The position numbers were made by a program, and so were the translations under genes. This document shows, in pieces, positions 42,696-54,097 of a stretch of 64,000 nucleotides of DNA; within the stretch, counting starts at the first letter, position 1, and each line of letters opens with the position of its first letter. This stretch comes from Yuukianura sp. NJ FZ-2021 (lineage: Eukaryota), in contig CM102287.1 of the NCBI GenBank assembly GCA_046563655.1, positions 10,664,001 through 10,728,000 on the forward strand. The letters run 5' to 3'. The notes below the pieces were generated by a model. The model made no database searches and was not told where the DNA came from. It saw only the letters and a list, made by a program, of their open reading frames with translations.

Positions 42696-43729
42696 ATGCG
42701 TCTCCTCCTCCTCCTCCTCGTCTGCTCTGCAGTCCGGGCATCAGAGGTCAAAGGTCGTCTCTTTCTCTCAGATGAAGAAAACTACGTCCAGGAGAAACAC
42801 AGTCCTTACCAAGTCTGGAACAACTTCCAACAACGTACGAATACATTCTATTCAAAACCAAATCAAAGTTAAACAGTTAAACCTAAAGTTAAAAGTCAAA
42901 CAGCTAAAATGTAACTTTTAAAAAGTCAAAATTTCAATTTTGGGAAATTAATTTCAATGCCGTTTGAAAAATTAGGAACTTTCTCCCTGATTTATTTATT
43001 CGAAAAAAATGAATTGCATGGAGAAAATAATTTCATTTTCTAATGGCGTTTAATCTTTACAAGAAATTTTAAAAATGAAATATTTTGATACTTTGGTTTT
43101 TAAATATTTCCCAATTTGTGTAAACTGTTTAGATGAAACTGGGCCCGTGGCAGAGGCGAAGGTGGATCCGGTGGCTGCAGTGATTGGTGGGATCAGTTCG
43201 TTGAGTTGGATTGCCAAAGCAGGCGTTGCCATCATCTTCCTCCCTTTCGTCTTGACCCCGCTCATCTTCATCTTCCTCCTCATCTACTTCATTCCTGTGC
43301 TCAAAATCAACCTGGGTCCAGAGGCGGTGGGGCGGAAGTGGGGCTCGGTGGGGCAAGCTCTGACCCACCTCGAGGGAACTGCTCGCTTCCTCTACGCCCT
43401 TCCTACTCAAGACCAGTGCTTGGAGAAAGCAGCATGTCAAGTCGGCAGAGCAGCAGCATTCCACCCTCCAATTCTTACTTTACTTCAAGCGTAAGATTTA
43501 AAAAAAGAGAAATTTTATGAACAAAAACAAGATTTTTTGAATTTCTTGATTTTTGATTTAAGGAAAATTGTGTTTTAGGAAATTGGAAAGTTTTGAAAAT
43601 TTGACTTTGAAGCGATTGGGGCGTTCACTTCAATTTGCTTCAGAAGGAAGTTGTGGACTTTTGAAGTGTCGCATGAAACGTCAGTTTGACTACATTTCCA
43701 AGTGGGTCCCGTTCTTCAAAACAGCGTGA
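42696..43729 (+). CDS. Uncharacterised signal-peptide + transmembrane protein with C-terminal Cys motif (DM4/DM12-like)
   Basis: Exons 42696-42834, 43133-43490 and 43579-43729 join in frame. Features: MRLLLLLLVCSAVRA signal, hydrophobic AGVAIIFLPFVLTPLIFIFLLIYFIPV, and CLEKAACQVG...GSCGLLKC. CATAAAA is at 42654 and initiator TCAGTC at 42687. Confidence 0.75.
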
Positions 43730-44286
43730 CCTCTTGACCTCCACAAGTGACCTCTGTGACCTCTGACCTCTGACTTTTGAACAAATCTTGGACTGATGAA
43801 CTGTTCAAACGACTTCGAATTCCTTTGACAATCTTTTTGTAGACAATTCTTCCTTCGACGCTCCCTTGAGTTTATGGCCTTGTTGTGGCCCTGAAGGAGG
43901 TCATTATGAAGGGCCCTCAGAGAAGGAGCCTTAAGGGCTCAGTTTCACTCTGCATTTTCAACACACAACAACTCTAACCAGGACTTTCAATTTCAACATA
44001 TTTATTACACCTTCTGACTTTATTTATCAATTTTATACTTATAGGAATTAAAAAGAAACTAACAAAAGTAATTAAATGAAAATCAAATAACTGTGATCTT
44101 GCTGTGATTGGAGAAAGTTCAGTTTGGAATTTTGACTCAAGTGAAAGTGCAGAATTCTAAATTTTTAGAAATAACTTTTGAAACTGAGTGTGCTCATTTT
44201 GTTACTAATTTTGAATCCTGCTTGTAAGTGGGTCATTCGATGCTGATGTTGAAGTCCCCAGGCAGAGTCCCTTGAAAAGTGAGAAA

Positions 44287-45381
44287 ATGAGGGGGGCCCT
44301 TGGATCCCTTCTCCTCTTCCTGTGCTTCCTAACTACAAACTCTTACCCCACCAACTGCACATGCACACAAATCAACTCCGAAATTCGGATGAAGGAGCAA
44401 GGGCCGGGTGACTTCAGGGCCTTCAGGAATCGGGAGTTGGGTGAGGATGAAAGTGACACGAGAGAAGTGCTTTTGCCAGGAACAATCACAGAGCCCTTCA
44501 AGGGTCCCCGCAGGAAACGCAGATCATTCGTCTACTCAACCCCTCTAAACTACACACAGGCACTTCAAGGGATCAACCAAAACAAAACTCGTTTGGAAAA
44601 AACACAAATCAAAACCAAATTCAAGCAAGTGGAAACAAAAAATCAAATTTCAAAACCAAATCGGTTTGTAGTTGGATCAAACAAATTTGGTTCTAAAAAG
44701 TTTCAAAATGTCGAAAATTTTGAAATTTCAAAAGAAAGGTTATTCACCTCGTTGACTCCGTTGGAGAGGTCAATGGCCTCTGCATGGGAAGTGTATGGCC
44801 CCAATCGTCGTCTCATTCCTCGTCATGGTCAGTTTCCTTCTCGTTCTGGCCAAGAAGGACTTCAGTTCCAGCGAAGTGACTCCGAGTGGGACTTTTCCTT
44901 GGCTGCCCCACCAAATGCCCCACCCATATCAGAACCCACCCTCTTCAGTCGCTTTTTATCCAAGTACGTTGACTTTGAGCTGACCCACTACGAATGGACT
45001 CAGTTGGGGCGGAAAGTGGCTTTTGGAGTGACCTTTGGCCTTTTAGCAGTTGGGTGGGTTCTGGTGGGAGTTGCGGTGGGACTCATTCCTTCCTTCCGCC
45101 TTCACAGCCCCACCACTCGGCAGTTGGACTATGACATGTGGGGCAACTCTGTTTTGAAGGAAGTGCATGAGCATGTGACTTTGGCTCTGGACGGAGGGTG
45201 GCTCAAGACGTTGGAGGAGAAGGTGGGGCCGAAGGGAGGGTGGCTCTCGACGAGTGTGTCTTGCTGTGTGTTGCCTGCTGCTGTTCGAGCGGAGTGTGAC
45301 GTTGTGCGTAAGGGTCGGAAGTCTTCTGCCTTCAAGTGCCTCTCTGACCTCATCTACAATTTTGATTTCGGGGAGACTTAG
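44287..45381 (+). CDS. Uncharacterised signal-peptide, single-pass membrane protein with furin-type site
   Basis: 364-codon ORF from ATG 44287 with signal MRGALGSLLLFLCFLTTNS, RRKRR|S, TM VAFGVTFGLLAVGWVLVGVAVGLI and a Cys-rich tail. An AT-rich middle part (about 44580-44740) could be an in-frame intron. Confidence 0.7.
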   Translation: MRGALGSLLLFLCFLTTNSYPTNCTCTQINSEIRMKEQGPGDFRAFRNRELGEDESDTREVLLPGTITEPFKGPRRKRRSFVYSTPLNYTQALQGINQNKTRLEKTQIKTKFKQVETKNQISKPNRFVVGSNKFGSKKFQNVENFEISKERLFTSLTPLERSMASAWEVYGPNRRLIPRHGQFPSRSGQEGLQFQRSDSEWDFSLAAPPNAPPISEPTLFSRFLSKYVDFELTHYEWTQLGRKVAFGVTFGLLAVGWVLVGVAVGLIPSFRLHSPTTRQLDYDMWGNSVLKEVHEHVTLALDGGWLKTLEEKVGPKGGWLSTSVSCCVLPAAVRAECDVVRKGRKSSAFKCLSDLIYNFDFGET

Positions 45382-47739
45382 ACAAGCGTAGCCAATGGCC
45401 CTCCATTCAAAAATGTAAACTGTCTTCGTTGACATGAGTTGGTGGGTTCCAAAGCCAAAAACAAAACAGGATTCCACACCCACCAACGAAAAAATCAAAC
45501 CAAAATGACCCACGATCATCCAATTCTAATTTTCAAAATATGAAGTTGAAACCCACCTCAAAAGAAATATTTTACAACGCTGGACTTTTATTTTCATTTA
45601 ATTAAATTTTAGTTTAGCTCAACGCCGCCTGAAAATAATTACATCTTGAAATAGTGATTTTTCAAAAAATAAGCGTAGTTATGTGACTGATTTTATTGTA
45701 GTGGTGTGAAACTTTAGCAAAAAGAAAGCAAATTTTTTTTAAATTTTAGTGAAGCAAAAATTATTCTAGTTTTTATAGTAATGCATCATGAATTAGCATG
45801 ATCAAAGTGAAATCGTTTGTAGATTTAGAAATTAACGTAGAATTACATAGTGTTATTTTAAACAGTGAAATTGAGTTATGTGTAAAAGTTGAAAATTAAA
45901 TTGAGTTTTGTTCTGTTGATGCATTTGTGTTTGAGCTTTGGTGTTGAATAAATTGGTTTTGTGTTTGAGTTGTGATTTGGAGAAAGTCCAAGTTTGAGCG
46001 TGTTGAGGTGGAAGTGTTCCGCCTGTCAGTCAGGGGTGGGGCTGTGGCTGTCACCTCTGGATGGAAATGTCATGTCTTGTGGGTCATTTGCATAAGCACT
46101 TTGGACCTATTAGGGAATCCATTGTGGGGCTAATTAAAAGTCATAGTTACTCCCTCCTCTCGCTTTCACTTAATCTGACCCATTTAACGCCAAATCACTA
46201 CCTTCATCCCCAGCTTTCCTCGCTTCGGAGATTCCTTTTTAAATGGATCTTCATTGTGGTGTGACAGTGTGACAGTTCGGAGGAAAAGCGAAACTCATGG
46301 TGTGCTGCACATGTTGAAAGAAACAAAGTCCATGCTAAATCACTGTACTGTTTTGGAAGGAAGTCGTTGTGGAGAAAGTGAAATGAGGCATCAAATAGGA
46401 AGTAAGTTGTGGCTGGGTCAGAGGTCATTCCGAAGAGAAAGTCTCTGTTCCTACGATAGAATGTGTGTAATTTGGAGTGTAAATGAGTATTCCCCACTTA
46501 GACTCTCTCGTTTCGCCACATTACTCAACAAATTAATCGGCGTGTCCGACATGATCTTGGAGTACTGGAAGGAACAGCACACTTCTGTTCCAAGCCAAAA
46601 ATAAAAAGCCACTCAACCACGAAAAAAGAGAACAATCAACACTCCACTTCAAACACCAACCGCAAACGACTCCAATCACAAATCACTCCACTCAACACCC
46701 AAACTTACACCATGTCGGCTTCATTTCTAAAATTCAACATTTACATTTTTAACATTTCAGTATAAATTTTTACCATTTCAGTTTAAGTTTGAGCATTTCA
46801 GTTTAATTTTGTAAAAAGAAAGAAGAAAGGAGGAAATGAAAAATAAAAATCAAAAAATGAAAAATAGAAAAAGTTGCAGTGTCTGGACGCCGTTCGAACT
46901 AAAACTCCTCCCAATTTTGCCTTTATGACCATGTCATTTTCCTAATAAATTTTAGTTATTGTTGAAATTGAGCAAAGGAACTATTTAGAATGACCTCGTG
47001 ACCTCTGTTTTGTGGTGGATCTTTTGCCTAAATCCATTAGACGTCCCATTGTGTAATAAATGTTGGGGTTGATCAATTGAAACCCCAATGCTAATCAGTA
47101 GAAGCACAATGACTTTTGTGTTGAAGGGACTCTGTGGCTTAAAATGAAAGTCCACTGCCCCACCCACCTTGGATGTCCCACCAAAAGACATTCCGAGGAT
47201 TCATGAGGAATCAATGAATCGGAAGAGGGGACTTGGTCATATTTTTTATGATCGTCACACCCACTTTCCATCCACACAACTCACATTCCACATCTGCAGC
47301 TCAAAGGGCCCCCTCCAGCCCCCTCTTGCTCTTTTTAATTACAAAGGGACCCAAATCCAATTTGAACATGAGACTTCGCTCCAGGAGAAGCACACCGAGT
47401 AATTACAATTCACAATTATTCACAATTACTCCACTCTTCCAGTCTAGAAAACCCGGGTATCATGCTACCCGGGTATTCTGAGGAGAGGTGACAGGCGGAG
47501 ATTGAAGGGCTTGAAATGGAGACACTAAATGTGAATAATCGCAAGTGGGACTGGGGAGGGGCAAAGGGAGACTCCGCCCCCTCCACTGCTTTCCCCACGC
47601 AGAGAAAGGAGACTCTGCCCACTTTGTCACCAACACTCACGCTGATAACATCTCTCCACTTCTATCCTCACTTTTAGTTTAGTCAGCAACTTGTGTCACT
47701 TAAAATGGAGAGGTCAAAGGTCAAAGTGAGAGTGGAGTG

Positions 47740-49130
47740 ATGGAGAGGAAAGAGTTCTCCAACTTCTCAATTGAGTCTCTCATGTCCCCCCGGGGACTAG
47801 GATCCCTCTTGAGTCCTTGGTTGTTTCCACCCCCTGATGGGGGGCTGAGTTACTACGGTGGATTCTCTGCCCTGTCCCACCTCCACAACGCAGCCCTGCT
47901 CCCCACCCACCCTCAGGACTTGTCCCACCACAGCTCAGCCACACACACAAGAGACTCTCCTCCCCCAGCATCACCAAAATCACAACTCAGCCCATCTTCA
48001 GACACTTCAAGGTCACCCACAACTCCTTCAGGTGAAATACACTTCAAAATATTCTAAAAACTAAACTAAAATTAAAAACTAAACAGAGAAAGCTTCAAAC
48101 CAAAGTGAAAGTTCTGAAGTCGTTGAACGTCGTTTCACAAAAATACTCCAAGTTCTACATGTTTTCATCCAGCTATGTTATTGTTTATTTTTCATTTGGC
48201 GTTTACCCGAATTTGAAAAATTTGGATTTCAAAAAATTTAAGAATTTAGAAAGTTGAGTTAACTTTTACTTTTTGAAAAAGAGACAAGTTGTAGTAAACA
48301 AAACTTGAAACGAAGCGAAAGTTTAGACAATACCGTCATCGAATGAAAACTTTGCAATTTCAGCAAGTGTTGACACAAATATGTTATTATTTATTTTTCA
48401 CTTGGCCTTTAACTCAATTTTAAAAATTTATGTTTTACAAAATTTAAAAAGTAGTACTGACTTTTACTTTTCCGAAAAGACGCAAGTTGAAAATGTTGTT
48501 TGAAGGTAGATTGACGTAAATTTGTTGATTGCGTAGAATGTGGTGACGTTGGTAGGTCAGTTTTGGGTGGGAAGGATTCTACGGTGGCTAAAACACGAAG
48601 AAGACGAACAGCTTTCACTAGTGAACAGGTTTACTTTCGTTTTCTTTTTCAAAATGTACTTCATTTACAAAAAGTCAATTTTTTCGAAATGTTTCAAAAT
48701 TTCGCTTTTCTTTTAATAGTTGCTAGAGCTAGAGCGAGAGTTCCAAGCGAAGAAGTACTTGAGCCTCACTGAACGATCAGAAATTGCCCGATCGCTGCGT
48801 CTGAGTGAAGTCCAAGTGAAGATTTGGTTTCAGAACAGAAGGGCCAAGTGGAAACGAGTGAAGGCAGGAGGTGAGGTCAAAGGTCACTACTTTCAAAAGT
48901 CACAATTTGACTTTAGTTTTTGAATTATTTTAGGAATGAGTGCTGTTCCGCGTGTGGGGGGCAGAAGTGGGTCTGATGGAGGTGGGAAGATTGTGGTTCC
49001 AATTCCAGTGCACGTAAATCGGTTCGCAGTTCGGTCGCAGCATCAAGAGATGGAGAAAAGCGTTGTGCAGCACCTGTACCCCCCACATCGCTCCACCCCC
49101 AAACCCCCCCACTACTCAATTGCTAAGTAG
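47740..49130 (+). CDS. unpg: Gbx-class homeobox protein (unplugged)
   Basis: Exons 47740-48031, 48537-48628, 48720-48870, 48934-49130. It contains eh1-like FSIESLM, homeodomain [61 protein letters not shown] and the Gbx-specific [20 protein letters not shown]. Confidence 0.96.
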
Positions 49131-49817
49131 AATAAAGAATGAGGACTCTTAATTAATGCAAACCAATCACTCCACCATGCAGTCTCATTAATCACTTTCC
49201 ACTCCGCCCTTTGTCCCTTCCAGCGACAGTCGTGAGTCAGAGGGCCCTTGAAGGGCCCTTGCAGTCCCTCTGACCTAAGTAGGAGAGGAACTAATTGGTT
49301 GTGTGATGGTAATTGAGTGTGGATGGTGGTGGTGAAAGTGGAAGTGGGCGTGGTGGGGGTAAATGATGCTGAACTGGCAGAGGGACAGAGTGCTCCTTTC
49401 TCCCAATGACCACAGCCACAAATCAACCCTCACAAAAAGTGCTTTCTCCCCTCCTCACTTTCTCCAAAGTCACACCGATTACCAACGCAACCTCACAACC
49501 ATCAAACTTACACTTCAATCTCAACTAAAAAGAGGGAAAAAGAAAAAGGGAAACTGGAGAAGGGTGCTTTCTTTGGAAAAAAAAAACTTTTCATTCAAAA
49601 AAAGTGTGATTGGCAAGAACATTTTTTTGGCAACTAGAAAGCTTTTTGCGTCGTATGAATTTTTTTCTCGGGAGAAAGCAGCTTTCACCCTTAGCGAAAT
49701 TGAAGTTAAATAGAGTGAAAATGAATGTTTGTGTTGATGGACCAATTTTTAATTGGACTATTCATCTAACACGGAGAAAGTAGAATGTTAAATTTAAATT
49801 AAATTTGCTTAAGTCAA

Positions 49818-50317
49818 CTATTCTTCCGGCTCTTCGCTCGCTGCATTTCCAGCATGACCTTTCTCTTCCGGTTCCTCTTCGCTGATGGCCCCCTTCACTC
49901 TCGACGGTTTGGCCACGGGACCCTCCCCAGTCATCTCGATATTGAAGATCTCCGACTGACCATGGGGGCCACCTTGGAAAAAATTGACCTCTGACCTCTG
50001 TTCTGCATTTTACAAACTAAAGCTATGTCAAGTTAGTTACCTCCTGCGTATTTCTGGAACGACATCCTAAACTCTGGTTCATTCTTCCTGTTTCTGCCAA
50101 TGTAGATGTTGTCTGACCCCATGTTCAACTTGCTCAGTTGCGGAATCTCATGGAGATGGTGGCTCCTCAGCAAATGCTCAACTTTAAAGAGAAAGTAAGC
50201 GTGACCTTTGACCTGGAATTGACTTGGAATGATTGAAAGTGACTTACGGAAGTCCTCTGCCAGGGTTCCCCCGATTCCAATGAACAAAATGAGGAGAAAC
50301 GAGTGGAAATGGTTCAT
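49818..50317 (-). CDS. Small uncharacterised secreted protein (~121 aa)
   Basis: Exons 50317-50248, 50181-50041 and 49972-49818 are phase-consistent. Signal MNHFHSFLLILFIGIGGTLA; acidic tail ...EEEPEEKGHAGNAASEEPEE*. Confidence 0.7.
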
Positions 50318-50803
50318 TTGGGCTGTTAAATTGTCCAGAAGGAGAGACTGGAGTCCATTCCGACTGGAACTGAGTCCAGGAACAGCACATAATCAGCTCC
50401 CCCTCCAACTGCCACTTAATTGCGGTAATTAATCTCACCACAAACACGAACTACCGAATTACACGAGTAATTACCTTTCACCAATCACAGGTCAACCACA
50501 ACTGCAATTCAAAGGTGCGTCTGCCATTTCCAAACAATCATCAATCCACAATGAACAAAATCAAACATTTTAGACATTTGGAACACGATTTTGAGTTCTG
50601 TTTTAAATTTGAGTTTAATTGTGATACAGCTCTGCATTGGTTCAGTAAACCGGTTTGTTCTGTACATTTTCCAAGTAAAAATTAAAAGATGCCGGTGAGA
50701 GTCCAAGTTTTGGAGGAAGTAAGTTAAGCTCCTGCGTTGAGCATCCCGTATAAAAATGGCCTTAACTCAGCATCCGAAGATCAGACTTGAGGAAGTGACA
50801 CAT

Positions 50804-52420
50804 TCAGCGCCGAAAGGTCACGTAAGTGTAGATGAGGCTCCCAATGACACTGGAAGTGAAAAGTAATGAGTGTCTTTGCTTAATTGCACTCAAGTATTCC
50901 ATTGCGTGTTTTACCTGATGTTGATTCCGAGGAAGTTGAGAGGGTGGTAGACATAGTCTCCTCCGATGAACATGCCCAAGTAAGTCACACTCACATTCTT
51001 CAAACAACCGATGATCGTCGTGGTCAAGGCAGAGTTATGCTGAGTGCATAACACCACACTCGCATTTAAAACGAACCCCATCACACAGGACAGGAAGAAG
51101 TAGACGAGAAATACTGGATCCAACCACCCCTCGAACTCCATCGCCTGCAAAAACATCAATCAACTAATTCATCCAACTCATCAATTTTTCACCTTTTCAT
51201 GTCATAGAATTAAAATTCATCAAAGTAGAATTGAAAAGTGACTTTGGACTAATCGATTAGTGAAAGGAATCCTTACTTTGTGTATTTCTCCAGTGACGAG
51301 AGCGAGGATGGCAAAGGGGACGAGTACGAAGAGTGCATTGTAGAACATGAGTCCATAAGTCCCGTATTCCTTCGATTCCAGTCGTTTCTTCGTGTACACT
51401 CCATTCGTGGCAGTGAAGATGTTGTTGAGCATGACGAGAGTGTAGCCACTGGGGGTAAACGTCAGGTCATTGCTGAAACAAACCAAAATAACATTGGAAG
51501 CCACTTACAACTTGACCCGTCAACGGATGACAATGTTAGGTAGCTTAAATTCGGTTGTTTATGAAAGGAGTTTGTACCTCGCTGCTATTAAAGCTCCGGC
51601 GATCATTGTGTAGACGGAAAACTGAACGGAAAGACTCGGCTTCACTCTAAATCAAAAATACATTCCTTAACAGTTGAGCAAAGTTGTAATTAATAGATAA
51701 ATGTAAATTAAGGATTACGCGAGGATGTAGAACTCTAGAATCATGGTCAACAGAATGGAGAATCTTCGTAGAGCAGTGAACATCGGTAGGCTGAGTTCCT
51801 TCGTCCCTCCCAGACCAGTCACTGCGTTTCCCAGAAACAGAATCGGCAGTGGGAAGATCTACAATGAAAAATACATCAAATTCATTCAAAAATCACATTG
51901 TTTATAAAATTATGAAATTTTAAAAGTACCTTGCCGAAGGTGCTTTTTGATAAGTTGGGAAAAGAAACATAGTTGAGTGATTTAGCACAGTACAGAATCA
52001 CAACTGTTGAGACAATCTGACCAAGTGCCAAAACCTGGAAGGATGGGAACCTACAAAGTATAAAGTAGAAATTGAGTTAGTTTACGAAAAGTGAAGTTGA
52101 TTGAAGATTAGTTTTAATTCAGATTGGTAATTGATGAATAGTTACTTTTCGCTTGTTAGTACAAGTTTGTTGACGACTGTGATGAGGAAGGAGGCAGCAG
52201 CGTAGAACAGTGCTGACCATATTTTGAGCATGTACTGTGAAGTGTGTCTCTCGACAGGTTCAGTTCCCTTCTTGACCCCGTTGACCTTTGGTTGAGATGT
52301 CTTTAGTTGTCCATTGGGCAAGGGTTCCTTGTCACTTTCCTCTTCACTGTGTCCTCCCATTCTAAGGAGACTGTGGGATGCTTCCTCCTCGATCTCTATT
52401 TGGACTCTGGATGAACTCAT
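50804..52420 (-). CDS. frc: SLC35D-family UDP-sugar transporter (fringe connection/sqv-7-like)
   Basis: Seven exons. Motifs: [88 protein letters not shown]. Stop at 50806-50804. Confidence 0.9.
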
Positions 52421-54097
52421 GCCAAAGATTCTTGTGGTCCAAGATGTAAAGCGTGGTTAGTTGATCCGGCGTGGGCAGTCAAGAAACCTGTTTTTCCTGG
52501 AGGCGGAATGTGATGGCTGGCTGGACAAACTACATTACACGCAGTCTTCTATGCTTACATCCACTTCCCTAATAAAGATTAAAAGGAAGCTTAAGTTTCA
52601 ATATGAAATTACAAAGCAGTTGTCCATGATACTTAAAATGAAACGTCACTTACCGTCCATATTGTTTCTGTCCTGTTGGTAACCTTATGTTTAAAGCTTA
52701 GTAATCACTGCTGACGCTAAGCTTCTTGTGCTTGTGGTTCTGCAATTAAGTTTATGGCCGATAATTAATGGTTAATCCTTGAATGTACCAAGGACACACA
52801 CAAAATGAACAACTCATCACACAACAGCTGATTGTCTTCAATTTACGAGGTGCGAAGTGGCTGATGTTGATTTTTGACACCTCCACAATCTTGTCCAGAT
52901 AATTTTTGTCGATAAGATAAAAGTGTAAACACAGGAACACCAATCTGCACACACCTGACTGCAATCAGCTGATAACTTTTACCGCTTGCGTTTTTTCTCA
53001 ATTTTTACCAATAATTTCTATTGAAAAAGCTGTTAATTAAATGGTTAATCACATTACACAATTTTTATTTAATTATTCACTCAAAAACTTTACATTGTGA
53101 TAACGTAAACTTTTTGCTTAGTTTCTTGATCACGCTGTCCTTATGCAAGTAAATTCATCATATTTTAACGTCGTAAAATATATTTCTGTGATAATGATAA
53201 TCATTATTAATATGTATTATAAATATTAATATAAAAATTACTAATAAAAGTTCCGATTCTAAAATAGTAAGTAGTTTTCGTTCTGCTGAGTCCCTAAATT
53301 AAGTTGTTCCGACGTTCTTCGCATTCTAATGTTGCAAAATACGTTTCTACCATAAAGATAATGATTGCTAATAGTATTAATCATTATTATATCTAGTTAC
53401 TAATGCTAAAATGCGTTCTCATTCGGAATTTACCTTGTTTAATACAGGTTAATAGTCTATGTTTTAGGCCTGTGTCCAGCGACTGGTGTCGGGTGTGTGT
53501 ATTTTGGGTGGATGTGTTTTTTGTGTGTCCTACAGTCCTAAAGTGGTAAAGTGGGATGAGGTGACAGAGAAAGTGACAGACGGGATCCTAGGCTGCGTCC
53601 AATGTCAGGCCAGGATGGTGTCGGATCGTGGAGTCTCCCTCTTGTCCTGCCCGTGGCCCAACCGAACACTCCTGTCTTGTCCGAATCTCTAGCTATACTC
53701 TCCTCCATGACGATACATGCACTACCCACACTCTCAGCATCTGGACCACGACATCATTCACACGACACTCAATCGGACACTCAAATTATTCACACCTTAC
53801 AAGGCACAACCGTAAGTACATTCTGTTGTCATGGGCACTTCCATTCCTCACTATTGTTTGTATGCAATTTCTTATTCACATCCAGGACTTTGATCTCATC
53901 CGAACCATTTTAGACCAGTCACTCGTCGTCAGTCGATAAGCACAGTCATCTCCCATAATCGATCCACTTCTGCTAACCAGTAAACAACCTATGATTCATT
54001 GGAATCAACGGGAAAAGAACTAACGGAAAAAGTAAGTCAAAGGTCATAACGTTTTTAAGTAAATGGTCTTAATTTGAAACCTATGTTTTGATAAGGA
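52421..54097. promoter_or_regulatory. Divergent promoter and 5' leader region SLC35D / BTB-Psq gene
   Basis: AT-rich core at 53000-53460, ATCAGCTGAT at about 52965, and non-coding exon donors at about 53811 and 54031. Confidence 0.5.
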
